From a virus, in IMG/VR virus record IMGVR_UViG_3300045988_042533, positions 1-64,000 of that record: a stretch of 64,000 nt of DNA; one strand, given 5' to 3'. Of this stretch, positions 1 to 11,100 are shown piece after piece (positions within the stretch are counted from its first letter, which is position 1; each line of letters opens with the position of its first letter). The notes under the pieces were generated by a model that was not told where the DNA came from, searched no databases, and worked only from the letters and a program-made list of their open reading frames with translations. Both the position numbers and the translations under genes were made by a program.

Positions 1-52
1 CTTTTTTTGTATTTATCATGCTATAAAAAGTACCTTTTTGGTACGTTTTTCA

Positions 53-60
53 TAAATTTG
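53..60 (+). promoter_or_regulatory. candidate Bacteroidota-type -7 promoter box TAAATTTG (TAnnTTTG)
   Basis: Exact TAnnTTTG match 30 nt upstream of the ATG at 90. A small GTACC/GGTAC hairpin plus T-run (30-50) lies just upstream. Confidence 0.3.
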
Positions 61-89
61 TATCACTAAAAGTACAAAAATGTTTTCTT

Positions 90-698
90 ATGTGTGAAGA
101 ATTAAAAGGTATAATTAAAACTGTTACAACTTATAGTGATAGTATGAATAAAGGTCATAAAATACCAGCATCTTTTAAAAGCTTTTGTGGTGGTTCTGAT
201 TATAGGAAATTTATTTATAGAAAGATAGAATTGGAAGCTAATAAAACAGCAATAATTGTAGCTAATTATGTTATGGATAATATAACATATAATCAATATA
301 GTGCTGAGATTATTCCTAAGAATGTTTCTGAAGCTATAAATATTTCTTCTAATAAAGTTAGAGCTGCAATTAAACTTTTGACTGATATAGGTGTTTGGAT
401 TAATTGGAAGGATTTAGTTGTTAATGAACAAATTGAAGATAAAGTTCTTATACCTAGTAAATATTGGTATTTATTTAATCCTTTAAAATTTAACTATACT
501 TCTGCAAATATGTTTAGTAAAAGATGTAAACTTGCATTGGAAGCAGTTAATGATGAAGATGATAGATTACTAGTTAGTAAAAGAACAGCTTATCCTTATA
601 AGTTTCCAAATACAAATTATTCTGATACTGAAGATGTTGATTTAAGAAAAGAAATTATTGTTGACATAAACGAAATAGAAAATGAAAGTAAAGATTAA
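90..698 (+). CDS. hypothetical protein, possible winged-helix DNA-binding protein
   Basis: 202-aa ORF, first of three co-oriented plus-strand genes. The segment SEAINISSNKVRAAIKLLTDIGV looks like a helix-turn-helix. No other motif recognised. Confidence 0.5.
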   Translation: MCEELKGIIKTVTTYSDSMNKGHKIPASFKSFCGGSDYRKFIYRKIELEANKTAIIVANYVMDNITYNQYSAEIIPKNVSEAINISSNKVRAAIKLLTDIGVWINWKDLVVNEQIEDKVLIPSKYWYLFNPLKFNYTSANMFSKRCKLALEAVNDEDDRLLVSKRTAYPYKFPNTNYSDTEDVDLRKEIIVDINEIENESKD

Positions 699-1146
699 AA
701 AACTAGTTCCTGAAGCAGTTATTCCTGCTTATGCTAAACCTGGTGATGCAGGTATGGATTTGACTGCTGTTAAAGTCGAGTATGACCGTGTAAGTAAATG
801 TTTTATTTATCATTCAGGTCTCGCTTTTGAAGTTCCTGAAGGTCATGTAATGCTTCTATTTCCTAGAAGCTCTAATCGTAAGACTGAAGCTTATCTTACT
901 AATTCAGTCGGTGTTATAGATTCAGGTTATCGTGGAGAAGTAATGGCTTGTTTTAAGCGTAGAGATAACGATGTTTTTCCTGAACACAAAGATACGTTTA
1001 TAATTGAGCATCAAGCTCCTTATAAAGTTGGAGATAGATTTGGTCAAGTTATGATTGTTCCTTATCCGCAAATAGAGTTTGAGGAAGCAGATGAACTTTC
1101 TGATACTGAACGTGGTGCTGGAGGTTATGGTTCTACAGGTAAATAA
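682..1146 (+). CDS. dut: dUTP diphosphatase (trimeric dUTPase)
   Basis: All five dUTPase motifs are readable: AGMDL, PRSS, GVIDSGYRGEV, RFGQVMIVP, RGAGGYGSTG. Confidence 0.95.
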   Translation: MKVKIKKLVPEAVIPAYAKPGDAGMDLTAVKVEYDRVSKCFIYHSGLAFEVPEGHVMLLFPRSSNRKTEAYLTNSVGVIDSGYRGEVMACFKRRDNDVFPEHKDTFIIEHQAPYKVGDRFGQVMIVPYPQIEFEEADELSDTERGAGGYGSTGK

Positions 1147-1155
1147 ATATGAAAT

Positions 1156-1446
1156 ATGCTTAAAAATGATGCTACATGTAATATAACAATTCTAGTAATA
1201 TCTGGTTGTATTGCTTGCGACATAGTTGCTCATAATGTTAAAGAAGCAGTTTGTTTTAACACTAAACTTCCTATTAGTATTAACATTAAGAACTATAGGG
1301 ATTTAAGTCCTATGACTCGTAAACAAATGAAACTTAAAGATTTTCCTACTGTTATATTTCGTAAAGATAAAACTGAAACATTTCGATTTAGTGGTAGTAC
1401 TGCTGTTGCTTGTATTAATTGCTATATTGATTTGTATCTGAAGTAA
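1156..1446 (+). CDS. thioredoxin/glutaredoxin-fold CxxC protein
   Basis: 96 aa. It has beta-strand ITILVISG followed by CIAC (CxxC), a later DFPTVIF (cis-Pro-like position) and FSGS, the typical thioredoxin-fold layout. Confidence 0.6.
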   Translation: MLKNDATCNITILVISGCIACDIVAHNVKEAVCFNTKLPISINIKNYRDLSPMTRKQMKLKDFPTVIFRKDKTETFRFSGSTAVACINCYIDLYLK

Positions 1447-1478
1447 AGATTTGTTTGTTTTAATGGCACATCCTAATT

Positions 1479-1514
1479 GGCTTGATTGCTTGCGAAAGTA
1501 GTCAAGCCTTTATT
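1479..1514 (+). terminator. rho-independent terminator of the plus-strand gene trio
   Basis: GGCTTGA...TCAAGCC stem (1479-1508) followed by TTTATT, 33 nt after the stop at 1446. Confidence 0.6.
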
Positions 1515-1645
1515 ATGAAAATCATCGTAGACTTCATATAGCTTCGCCTGACAGCTTTAAATGCTTCAGATGAACAACATATCAAGAATGATATTTGAAG
1601 CTCTTATACGAGATTTTCAAAATGTGAAATAAAATATCACATGCT

Positions 1646-1686
1646 GCTTCTGTTGGTTCGTTAGAATCTTCAGAAGCTTATTTTTT
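1646..1686 (+). terminator. second plus-strand hairpin + T-run (possible terminator of a small transcript)
   Basis: GCTTCTG (1646-1652) pairs with CAGAAGC (1671-1677) and is followed by TTATTTTTT. Confidence 0.4.
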
Positions 1687-1714
1687 ATAATCAACAAGAC
1701 TACCAATAAGTGCA

Positions 1715-1752
1715 ACAAAAAAGCTAGAGCAATCATCACGACTACTCTAGCT
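1715..1752 (-). terminator. minus-strand terminator downstream of the tRNA
   Basis: AGCTAGAG/CTCTAGCT stem (1722-1752). The minus strand then reads TTTTTTGTTG. Confidence 0.5.
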
Positions 1753-1856
1753 TACGACAATACCTAAAAACATTAATTATCCTAATCAATCTTTTTACCT
1801 GTCACCATTTGAATAATTACTATTATGATAAAAGTCAAAAATATGAAATGTATTTG

Positions 1857-1927
1857 TTAGAGTAAGAGGAATCGAACCTCTACTAAAAGAACCAAAATCT
1901 TTTGTACTACCTTTATACGATACTCCA
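1857..1927 (-). tRNA. tRNA-Gln (anticodon UUG)
   Basis: Hand-folded 71-nt cloverleaf on the minus strand. Acceptor TGGAGTA/TACTCTA (one G-U); D arm GTAT-AAAGGTA-GTAC; anticodon arm AAAGA-TTTTGGT-TCTTT (anticodon TTG after U33); variable TAGT; T arm AGAGG-TTCGATT-CCTCT. No encoded CCA. Confidence 0.8.
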
Positions 1928-1976
1928 ATCCAATCAAAACAATTATAAAAGAACATTACGGCGTTCATTGGCATTG

Positions 1977-1984
1977 CAAATATA
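1977..1984 (-). promoter_or_regulatory. candidate -7 promoter box TATATTTG(CA) for the tRNA
   Basis: The minus strand reads TATATTTGCA about 50 nt upstream of the tRNA 5' end. The same 10-mer recurs at 39075-39084 and 44837-44846. Confidence 0.4.
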
Positions 1985-2030
1985 CGAATTATAATTGTAT
2001 CTACAAGCATTATTGTATAATTATTTGATA

Positions 2031-2079
2031 AATAAAAGAGTGTTGAGTAATAGCTAAAGGATTAGTATCATCAACACTC
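2031..2079 (-). terminator. rho-independent terminator after the 4603-aa ORF
   Basis: GAGTGTTGA (2038-2046) pairs with TCAACACTC (2071-2079). The minus strand continues TTTTATTTATC. A GC-box copy abuts the stem. Confidence 0.6.
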
Positions 2080-2094
2080 TTCTACGGGGGAGCT
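2079..2094 (-). repeat. GC-box copy A (plus strand reads CTTCTACGGGGGAGCT)
   Basis: Perfect core plus AGCT extension. Intergenic, between the stop at 2103 and the terminator stem. Confidence 0.9.
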
Positions 2095-2102
2095 AATTTA
2101 TA

Positions 2103-5100
2103 TTATTTACCTTTAACTGCATCAGCAATACCTTTAACGTCTATAATGCTTAACATGTTATCTCCAAGTTTATAATAACTATTTGATTGATTAAGTCCTG
2201 TAAGATTACTATAAGAACGATAAATAGGAATTTGACGAGTAAGTTTAACAGCCAACTTATTTTGTCCTCTATATCTACCTGTAGTATAATCCCATTCGTA
2301 ATCATCAGTCATTAAACCTTTTGCTATTATATTACAAGCATCAAGTATATCACTAGGCATTGTTACAGAGGCAATAGGAGAACTCCAAAGTTTTTTAAAC
2401 TCACCTGGAAGGAAAACAGGATTATACATCATTGATTGAGATGCTAGAGAATCAGCAGAATAAAGAGCTAAGTTAGCAAACCAACTATCTTTAAGTTTAT
2501 CATCATCCCAAGCTACACGTATAGCAATAGCAGTAAGTATTGCAGCAAGAGCACCACAAGCATCTTGCATACCACGTAATATAGCAGCTTGTTGATTATC
2601 ATTCATAAGATTAAAGTTAAGTTTAGCATTAAGAGCTAAATCAACATAATCTTTAAGAAGATTTTGAGTAGCTTCTATAGTTTCACGTTGAGCTTCTGGC
2701 ATTCTAGCAATAGCTTTATGCTTACGAATAGGAAGAGTAAGAAAATCATAAAGAGCTGGTCCACAACCAATAACATTAAATCCTCTTTCTTCATTATAAT
2801 AACCTTTTCTACGCCAATGTTTAAGAATACCAGGATAAATATGTTTATGATATTGCATAACAAGACTTCCCCACCAATTCTTTTCTATTTGTGCAGCACT
2901 AAGTTTATCATAATTACCATGAATTTCTTTATTAACTGATATAACTTTACCTTTAAATTCAGCCATAAATTTAAGAGCATCAGAAACTTTTTTACCTTCA
3001 GCAATAGAACTCTTGTCAAGTTGGTCTAATATAGAACCTTCTTTAAAAGCAAGTTTACCATTTTTAAGTTCAAGTTGCTCCATTATAGTTTTATGACTTT
3101 CAAATTCAGTTGTTGTTGTTTCTCTAAGCTTTTTACGTTCAGCAATAAACTTACGTTTCTCTACATTATTAAGATATATATTAGCAAATTCAGTAGTAAA
3201 GTCTCTTCTTCCCCAAATATAATCTTTAAGCTTATTGTCATCATGTTTTATGTCATTAAGGAAAGAAGTAAATTTAGCTTCTAAGTCAGTACCTTGAATA
3301 ATATTCTTTAAAGCTTCTTCATGACATTTATTTATATATTCTTGTAGAGTCATAGCTTTATACTTTAGTCTACCTTTATTTTCAGCATCAGGAACTTCTA
3401 TTAATCTATTAGAATACATCATACTAAACATAGCTCCATTTTGCATAAGGTCTTCACCCATACTGTTAGGACTATACATAAAGTCTCTGAAGTTTTTAAA
3501 AGCTTTAGCTTCAACACTTCCTTCAGGAGCATAATTCATAGCATCAAAGTCAATAACATCCATAAACTTTCTTATAGCATCAGCTAGAGTTGTAGATGTA
3601 TCTTTACCTCTACCAGCAATAAAACTAGCTACACCAGCCATCCACATTTCTTTTCCTTTAAGATAATCGTTTTTGTTAAAGAACTCTTTAGCTATAGCTT
3701 CACCAATTATGGCTGTTTCACCAACAGTTATATTACCAATACCACCAGTAATATTAAGCATCATAAATTTAGATGATGTAATAGACTGAATAATATTAGC
3801 AAATTTAGTATAATTACCATTGTTTTGTTTATACTGATTATAAAGAACTCTTCTCATCCAATTTTCAAATTGTTCAACTAGTTTATCATCTCTTGTTTGA
3901 GTATATCTAGGATTATCTTTATCTTTATTTATTTTAGTTAGATTGTTAAATCCTAAAGTAGTCTTATAGACTTTAGTTCTAGCAAGCATATTTCTAGTAT
4001 AATGAAGAATATATTTGTTATCTTGAACAGCATTATAATGACAAGCTGCTTTAATAAATGACCTCATGACTTCATTAAAATCTCTATTAACAAGACTATT
4101 ATGAATATCGTTTAATTCTTTTTCAGCAACTTCTTTTCTTTTATACCAAGCTTCTTTAGCTTTTTCATAAGCTTCTTCATCTCCTTCATAAGCAGCTTTT
4201 CTAGGTCTAGAATCTTCTAATTCTTTTTCTATTTCATAACTACGTTTGTTACGAAGTCTATCTATAAGCATAGGCATACCAGGAGTTATATCTTCAGAAT
4301 AACTCATATTGTCATACCATTCATCTCTAGAAGTTTTACCATAATCACTATAACCAACAGTTTCTTTTACTTGTTTCAACCACCATTGTTTATCATGTTC
4401 AGGTTCTTTTACTGATTGAACAAATTTACCTGTATTGAAATAATGTTTAGCTTGAGAAGTAGAAGCTAGATTTAAACACATATCTTTAAGATATGCTTTT
4501 AATTCGTCCTCATACTTATTTGTTTCAACAATATTATCATAAGTTGAATCATGTTCATAACCTAATTCATCATCTTGTTCTTTAGTTCTATAATTGTTTG
4601 CGGAATCAGTACCTGATACAAAATATTTGTTTTTATATTCTTCTTTTGGTTCACTTTCTAATTGAGAAAATTTAGGTTGCCAAGTACCATTATCAAGTTC
4701 ATGTTTAACTCTAGTAGTTTGCCAAATACCAGTAGGTTGCATTCTGTGAGTATAAGGATTATAAACATGATTTCTTTCATACCATTTATTGAACTCTCTT
4801 TCACCTTTAGCTTTCATAGCTCTAAAAGTTTCATCATAATATGGAGTTTCTACAGTTTCAAGTCTATTATTAATGGTAGCTAAAGCTTTAGTTTTATCTT
4901 CCATTTCTTTAATAAGCTTTTCTTTTGCAGATTTACTTTTCTTTTTAAGATATTCTTCCATATCAACTTTAAGAGCACCATATAAATATCTATTAGGCTT
5001 TAAAGGAATAGATTCATCATAAACAATATTACCAAGACTATCAGTTATAACTTCACCTGATTTAGTAACCTTTGGAGTTTTCATAAGGTTAACTTTTTGC

Positions 5101-8100
5101 CATTTACGATAATAGTTTTCTCCTTTAGATTCAGCTAAAGCTCTTTCAGCTTCAAAAGCAGTATGATTATAATAATCAGTATCTACATATTTACGAATAA
5201 ACCAAGCAACAGTTTTACCATTTGTAGATTCAACAGTTTTCTTAACACCAAGGAATAACGGTTGATAAGCATTATAAAGAGCATCAAGTTCATCTTCAGT
5301 CATCTTAGAAGTTTCTACTCTTTTAGTAGAACTATTATAATGCTTACGAAGTATATTATTAATTTTTTCTACAATAGCAAGATATTCTTTATTTGGAATA
5401 CCATTTGCTTGCAAGTATTTATATACAACAGTAGGATATATTTCATTAACTTCTGGACCATTACTTATAAGAACACGTTCAGAATAAGGTTCTCTTGTAT
5501 TAATTTTAAGTTTACTCTCTAAATCTTTTCTTACTGCATCTTGTTCTTCTTCAGTAAATAGTCTACCATCAATTCTACCAAATTCGTCTCTAACATTTTC
5601 CCCCTTGTTTTCATGCTTTTTTATGACAACTTTAGTTCTATTGTTAGATGATTTAAAGCCTAAAACTTTATATGCTTCATTTAGTTCTTCTTTTATTTCA
5701 TCATCTACAGCAAAATAAGCATTATTTTTAAGCCATTCTTTAGCTGCTTTGTATTCATCATTGTTTTCTAACTGATAAGTCGAAGTAGTAATTCTACCAT
5801 AATTATCACGCTTTTCAGCAGAATCTATAATAGCTAAACATTTATCAAGTTTGTCTTCAAAACTAGCTTTAGTAGTATGATTAATATATTTACTTCTTAT
5901 TTCATTTCTATTAGTTAAGAATTTATCAAGAGCCGCAGCATCAACATAATTATTTAATCTAGCTTTTCTATAAACTTCAGGATTAACTATTTTATAATCT
6001 GTCATACCAGCGTCTACCCATTTAGTACCAGGAATACCATAATCATAAGTAGGCTTAATATCCATTGTAGAATAATCAAATGTACTACGAAGATTATCTA
6101 TTTGATTTCTTACTTTAGTTAATTCTTCTTCAAATTCAGGAGTTAAAACACCATTAATTCTTCTAGCATTAATATCTCTAATTTCATCATTCAATTTAAC
6201 CCATTCAGAGTATATTTCAATATGATTTTCAACTATTGGAGTTTCAGCATCATAAAGTTCTTGATAATACTCTTTAACAAATGGTTGATTAATATGGTCT
6301 ATTTTAAATTTATCATAAGCTCTTTTAGCTTTTATATAAGTTTCAGGGTCATTTTGAATGTTTTTTCTAGCTTCATTGTAATTCAAAAACAATTCTTTAA
6401 TTGCAGGTCTAAGTTTATCATTATACGAATTTATAAAGTTACCATCTTTACCAAATATTTTATCTTGGTCAATATTCAACCCTTCAGCTCTAGCTCTAGC
6501 ATATATGTCAGCAATTTTATTATCATAATCAGATAATAATCTTTCAGCCTGCATATCTTTAGCTCTAATATCAGCCATTACATTTTTAGTAACTATTTGC
6601 ACAAGCTTGTTTCCACTATCTTGTAAATCTCCAATCCAAGCATCAAACCATGAAGTAGAATGAAAACCATCAAATATAGAAACCATATCATTTTGAATCA
6701 TAGGGTCATCACTAAGTTTAGCAAGAAAATCATTACCAAAACGATTTTCAGCTCTAGCTATAATACCATTTACAGAAAGCTCTCTAATAATATTTTGAAT
6801 ATTCTTTATATTCTCTTTAACATTCTTGTTCTCAACTTCATCGAGATTAAAATCTAAAATATCAGAATATTTATCAGTTAAAGCCCTAGTTTCAAGAATA
6901 ACTTTAAGGAAATCATTTCTTGCTATATCATTGTTGCGTATAATATCTATAACTTTAGAATCATCAATACTTAAATAATGTCCATCTTCATCTTTAACAA
7001 ATTGATTAATTCTATCATTTAGATATTGATATTTTGTTTTAACATATTGATGAATAGCATCGTATATTTCATCTTGATATCTTTCATAATCATCTATAGT
7101 TTCTTTAATACCTTTATTTTCAATTCTATTTACTTGTTTTCCAGCATCTCTATCACCTTGTTCTTTTTGTTTTCTCATATTAGCTACAGCTTCTAGTTCA
7201 AAATCTATGATTTTAGAAGCTTTATCTACATCATTAGCATCTACTTTTTTAGGTTTAACTACTCTTTTGCAAACAACAGTGTTTGGCTTTGGTGTTATAC
7301 CATCAGCTTTCATTCTATTGATTTCATTAGTAGTTTGACGTCTAAATATAAAGTCTTCATTAACTTCATTACCTTCAGCATCAATATAACTTATAGTTTG
7401 CTTATTACCAAACTTATAATTAACCTTATTATATAAATAAAGATTTTGAATATTAAAAGGTTTAGAAGTTCTATCTAAAGCAAGATAAGTTTCGCCAATT
7501 TTAGTTATAGCATCTTTAGCTCCACCTTCTTCATATTTACCTGGTTTATTAATATCAAAAGTAAATCTATTAGCTACTTTTTTAATATGAATATCAGAAC
7601 GATAATCAGCAGCCATATCATTAAGTTCTTCAGGAGTTAAGAATTTTATACTTTCAGATTCAATATCATTAATTCTATTAATATATGCTTCGTAAAAAGC
7701 TCTAGAAGCAAACTTATTGTTATCTTTAGTTGTACTAAATTCAGCAGATTCATTTTCTTCTAGTTTATTAATAGGATAAGCAAATATTCTATCTCCTTGA
7801 CGAGTTATTTTATAAAGATGTTGATTAACTTTTTTATTACCATCTTCATCTTTACTATTGAACGTAAGTTCAACATAAGAATTTTCAGTAAATAACCAAC
7901 TATCATCTTTTGTAGAAGCATCATTAACTATACCATATTTAATAGCTAACTTTCTATCATTATTTGCTTTTTCAATAGATTTATCTAATTCTTTAATTCT
8001 ATTTTTAATGTTATTACGTTCATCTTGACTAAGTTCTTTATTAACAAGGGATTCTGTTAGAGTATATCTTTCATCTTCATAAGCTTCAGGATTTGTCAAA

Positions 8101-11100
8101 TCCATATAAATAAGACCTCTACCTTTACGAGTTAATTCATCGACTAAAAGTTTTCCTTTTCTAACTTTACTAACTGTTTTATGTTTAATAAAATTAGCAT
8201 TAGAATGAGCACGAACATAATTTTCTGCAATATCAAAATTGCCAGCATAACTATTAAAACTATCTTTAATTTGATTTACAAGACTATCAAAACTTCCATC
8301 AGCTTTAACAAAGCTAGTACTATCTTTAAGTGCTCTGTTTGTTATAATCTTATTAACAGCATTTCTTCTCATCTTAAACCCTTCAACAAGAAAAGAATAT
8401 TTTATAAGGTCAACTGCTGCCATTTTAACAAGAGGATTAGTACTATTAAAAGCTTTATTGTAAAGCATAAAAGCAGTTTCTACATCAGTAGCATCATCGT
8501 TAAACAAAATAGATTGTTTTGATTGTCCTTTTGTTCTAGCTTCATAAGCATTATAAAGATTAACTTTAAGACATCCAAATATACCACTATCAACAGAATT
8601 AAGTTGTAACCAAGCAACTTTTTGAGCAGGACTTAGTTTGCTAAATTTATCTACTTCTTCTTTAGTAGGTTCAGCTATATTTTTACATTTAAATGGAATG
8701 TTTTGATTTCTATTATAACCAAATATTCTAATGCGTTCATCTGCTTCAGTAGTATCACTATCTACAACTTGTCTCCACTGACCATCAATTAAATCCATTG
8801 TAGTAGGAAGTTTCATAAAGTCAGTATCATTATAAGTAGCATTAAGAATATATTGTTTAAAATCTTTATATTCTTTTTCAGTAATATGTCTATCGAAACT
8901 AAATTTATCTTCAAGACTAAATACTATGTTTTTAAACCAATCAGTTTCAGTTTCAAAAAGCATACTATTTATCTTAGTACTAGTAGCAGTAGAATACTTT
9001 AAAAAAGCAGCAAGAGACTTATAAGAAGAATTACTAATGTCAGATTTGATAAAATTATCTACATCAACATAAGGAACACCTGTTACTTGATTTATACTAA
9101 TAATACCGGGATAAATACTTTCAAGCATACTCATATCATCTTTCAAAAGTATTGGATGCTTACCTCTGTCAGTTTGAATCAATTCATTAATATCATCAAA
9201 AACTTTATTTGTTTGAAACAATGTTTGTTTAGCACCAAATCTATCAGGATTACATACTCTAGCAAGACTGCCTATATGTTGAGCTAATTTATTAATATGA
9301 TTATAAGCTAAAAGAACTCTCATGTCAAACAATCCCTCTACGGGGGAGCTATAACCCTTAGTATTTTTATTAATTCTATTATAAAGTTGACTATAATCTA
9401 ACCATAGAGGGTTTTTATTAACATCAAATTTAGTATCAAATTGAGTATTTACTTTTTCTAATACAGAACCTAAACTATCTTCTTGTGTAATATCTAATCC
9501 CATGTCTATAGCAACAGACTTAATTGCTTCTTCAATAGGTTTATTACTATCTTCTGAATAAATAGACTTATTAGCATTATAAGCATCAACTATTCTACGT
9601 ATAGCAGGTTGCATGATAAATGCAATAGCAGTATCATAATCAATACCAATATCAGGAAGAGTTTTATATACAGCAAAAGTAAAATCATTTACGTTTGGTA
9701 TAGCACCTTCTTTCACAGCATCAAGAATATGAGCAGTTGTTTGAGAACTATAAGCGGTAAGAATTTTACCTGTTATGTTTTTATTATCATAAGTATAACC
9801 TATAGTTGTATGAGTTATTCTAACTCTATGATTACCCAAGTCTTCAACATTATCAGCTCCAAAACGTTTTTTATATGTTTCTAAATCATTTTCATTATTA
9901 TAATTATAAACAACATTAACGGCATACTCTTTATTGATAGTTGGTTTAACCTTGTTACATACTGAGTTGAATGTATCACGAGTTACACTAAAAGCTTTAA
10001 GTTTAGCACCAGACATAACATCTTCTTGATAAGCAGCTTGGTCCATAAAGTCATAAGGACTTCTGTTATCACGAACAGTCTTAATTGGAGAATTAGCAAT
10101 AAGTTTATTTCTAGCTTCAATTATATCGTCAAAGTTAGAACGAGAAAGATTCTCTTCTAGAGAAGAATCATCTTTAAGTATCTTTTTAAAATCATCAAGA
10201 ATACGATTATTTCTAGCTCTACGAGAATTAATTTTAGAAGCATCAGAATTAATAAATTCTTTGAAAGATATTAGACCAAGTTTTTTAGCTCTAGCTTCAA
10301 AATCATTAAGTCTTTTCTGTTGAACTTCTTTAATAGCGTTAGACTTCATTTGACGCATATACTTTCCATAGTTTTCAATACTATCACTCATAGCGTCATG
10401 AACTTCTAGAAAGTTTTCATCAGCTTCATCTAAAGTTGATTTGTTTGTTCTAACATAATCAGCAACAAACTTTATCTGTTTAATATAATCTTCTCTAGTA
10501 AGTTTACCATTTTCTTGTCTAGTAACTGTTTGATTAAAAGCAATATTAGCATCTTTAACTAATTGTTTGCTTTCATCAGATAGAGCATCATAAGCTTCTT
10601 GTTCCTCTTCAGATAACTCTGCTCTACTTTTATCATCAGCTTCTTTTATATAATTAAGAGCTTCCTCAAATTGTTTTTTAGCACCTTTAGGAAGACGTTC
10701 TGTTTTTTCAACTCCTCTATTAACATAATCAAAATAATCGAATACATCAGGATTTTCAACATAATCAATCTTCTGAATATGTTTGTTTCTATCAAGTCTA
10801 CTTTCATATTGAATACCATAAACAGAATCAATATCAAAGTCAGAACCCGTTTGAGAAACCCAATCGTTAGGAACAACAATAGTAGAACCACAACCATCAT
10901 CTATAAATCCTACTACTTTCATAACACAAACAGATTGCTTACCTTCAGTAGGAATACGATAACCTATGATTTCATCAAGTTTAGCTTCTTGAAGTTGTTT
11001 AAGAAGTTCTTCATCAGAATGAATATAATTTCCATCGTCATCTTTAGCAAAATTAAAATTAGCTTTAGGAAGCATAATCTCAATATAACGTTCTCCTTCA

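Noticed and set aside
1795-2010. 71-aa minus-strand ORF in the track
   Set aside because: It spans the tRNA-Gln gene and its promoter-like box. The tRNA cloverleaf explains the sequence better.
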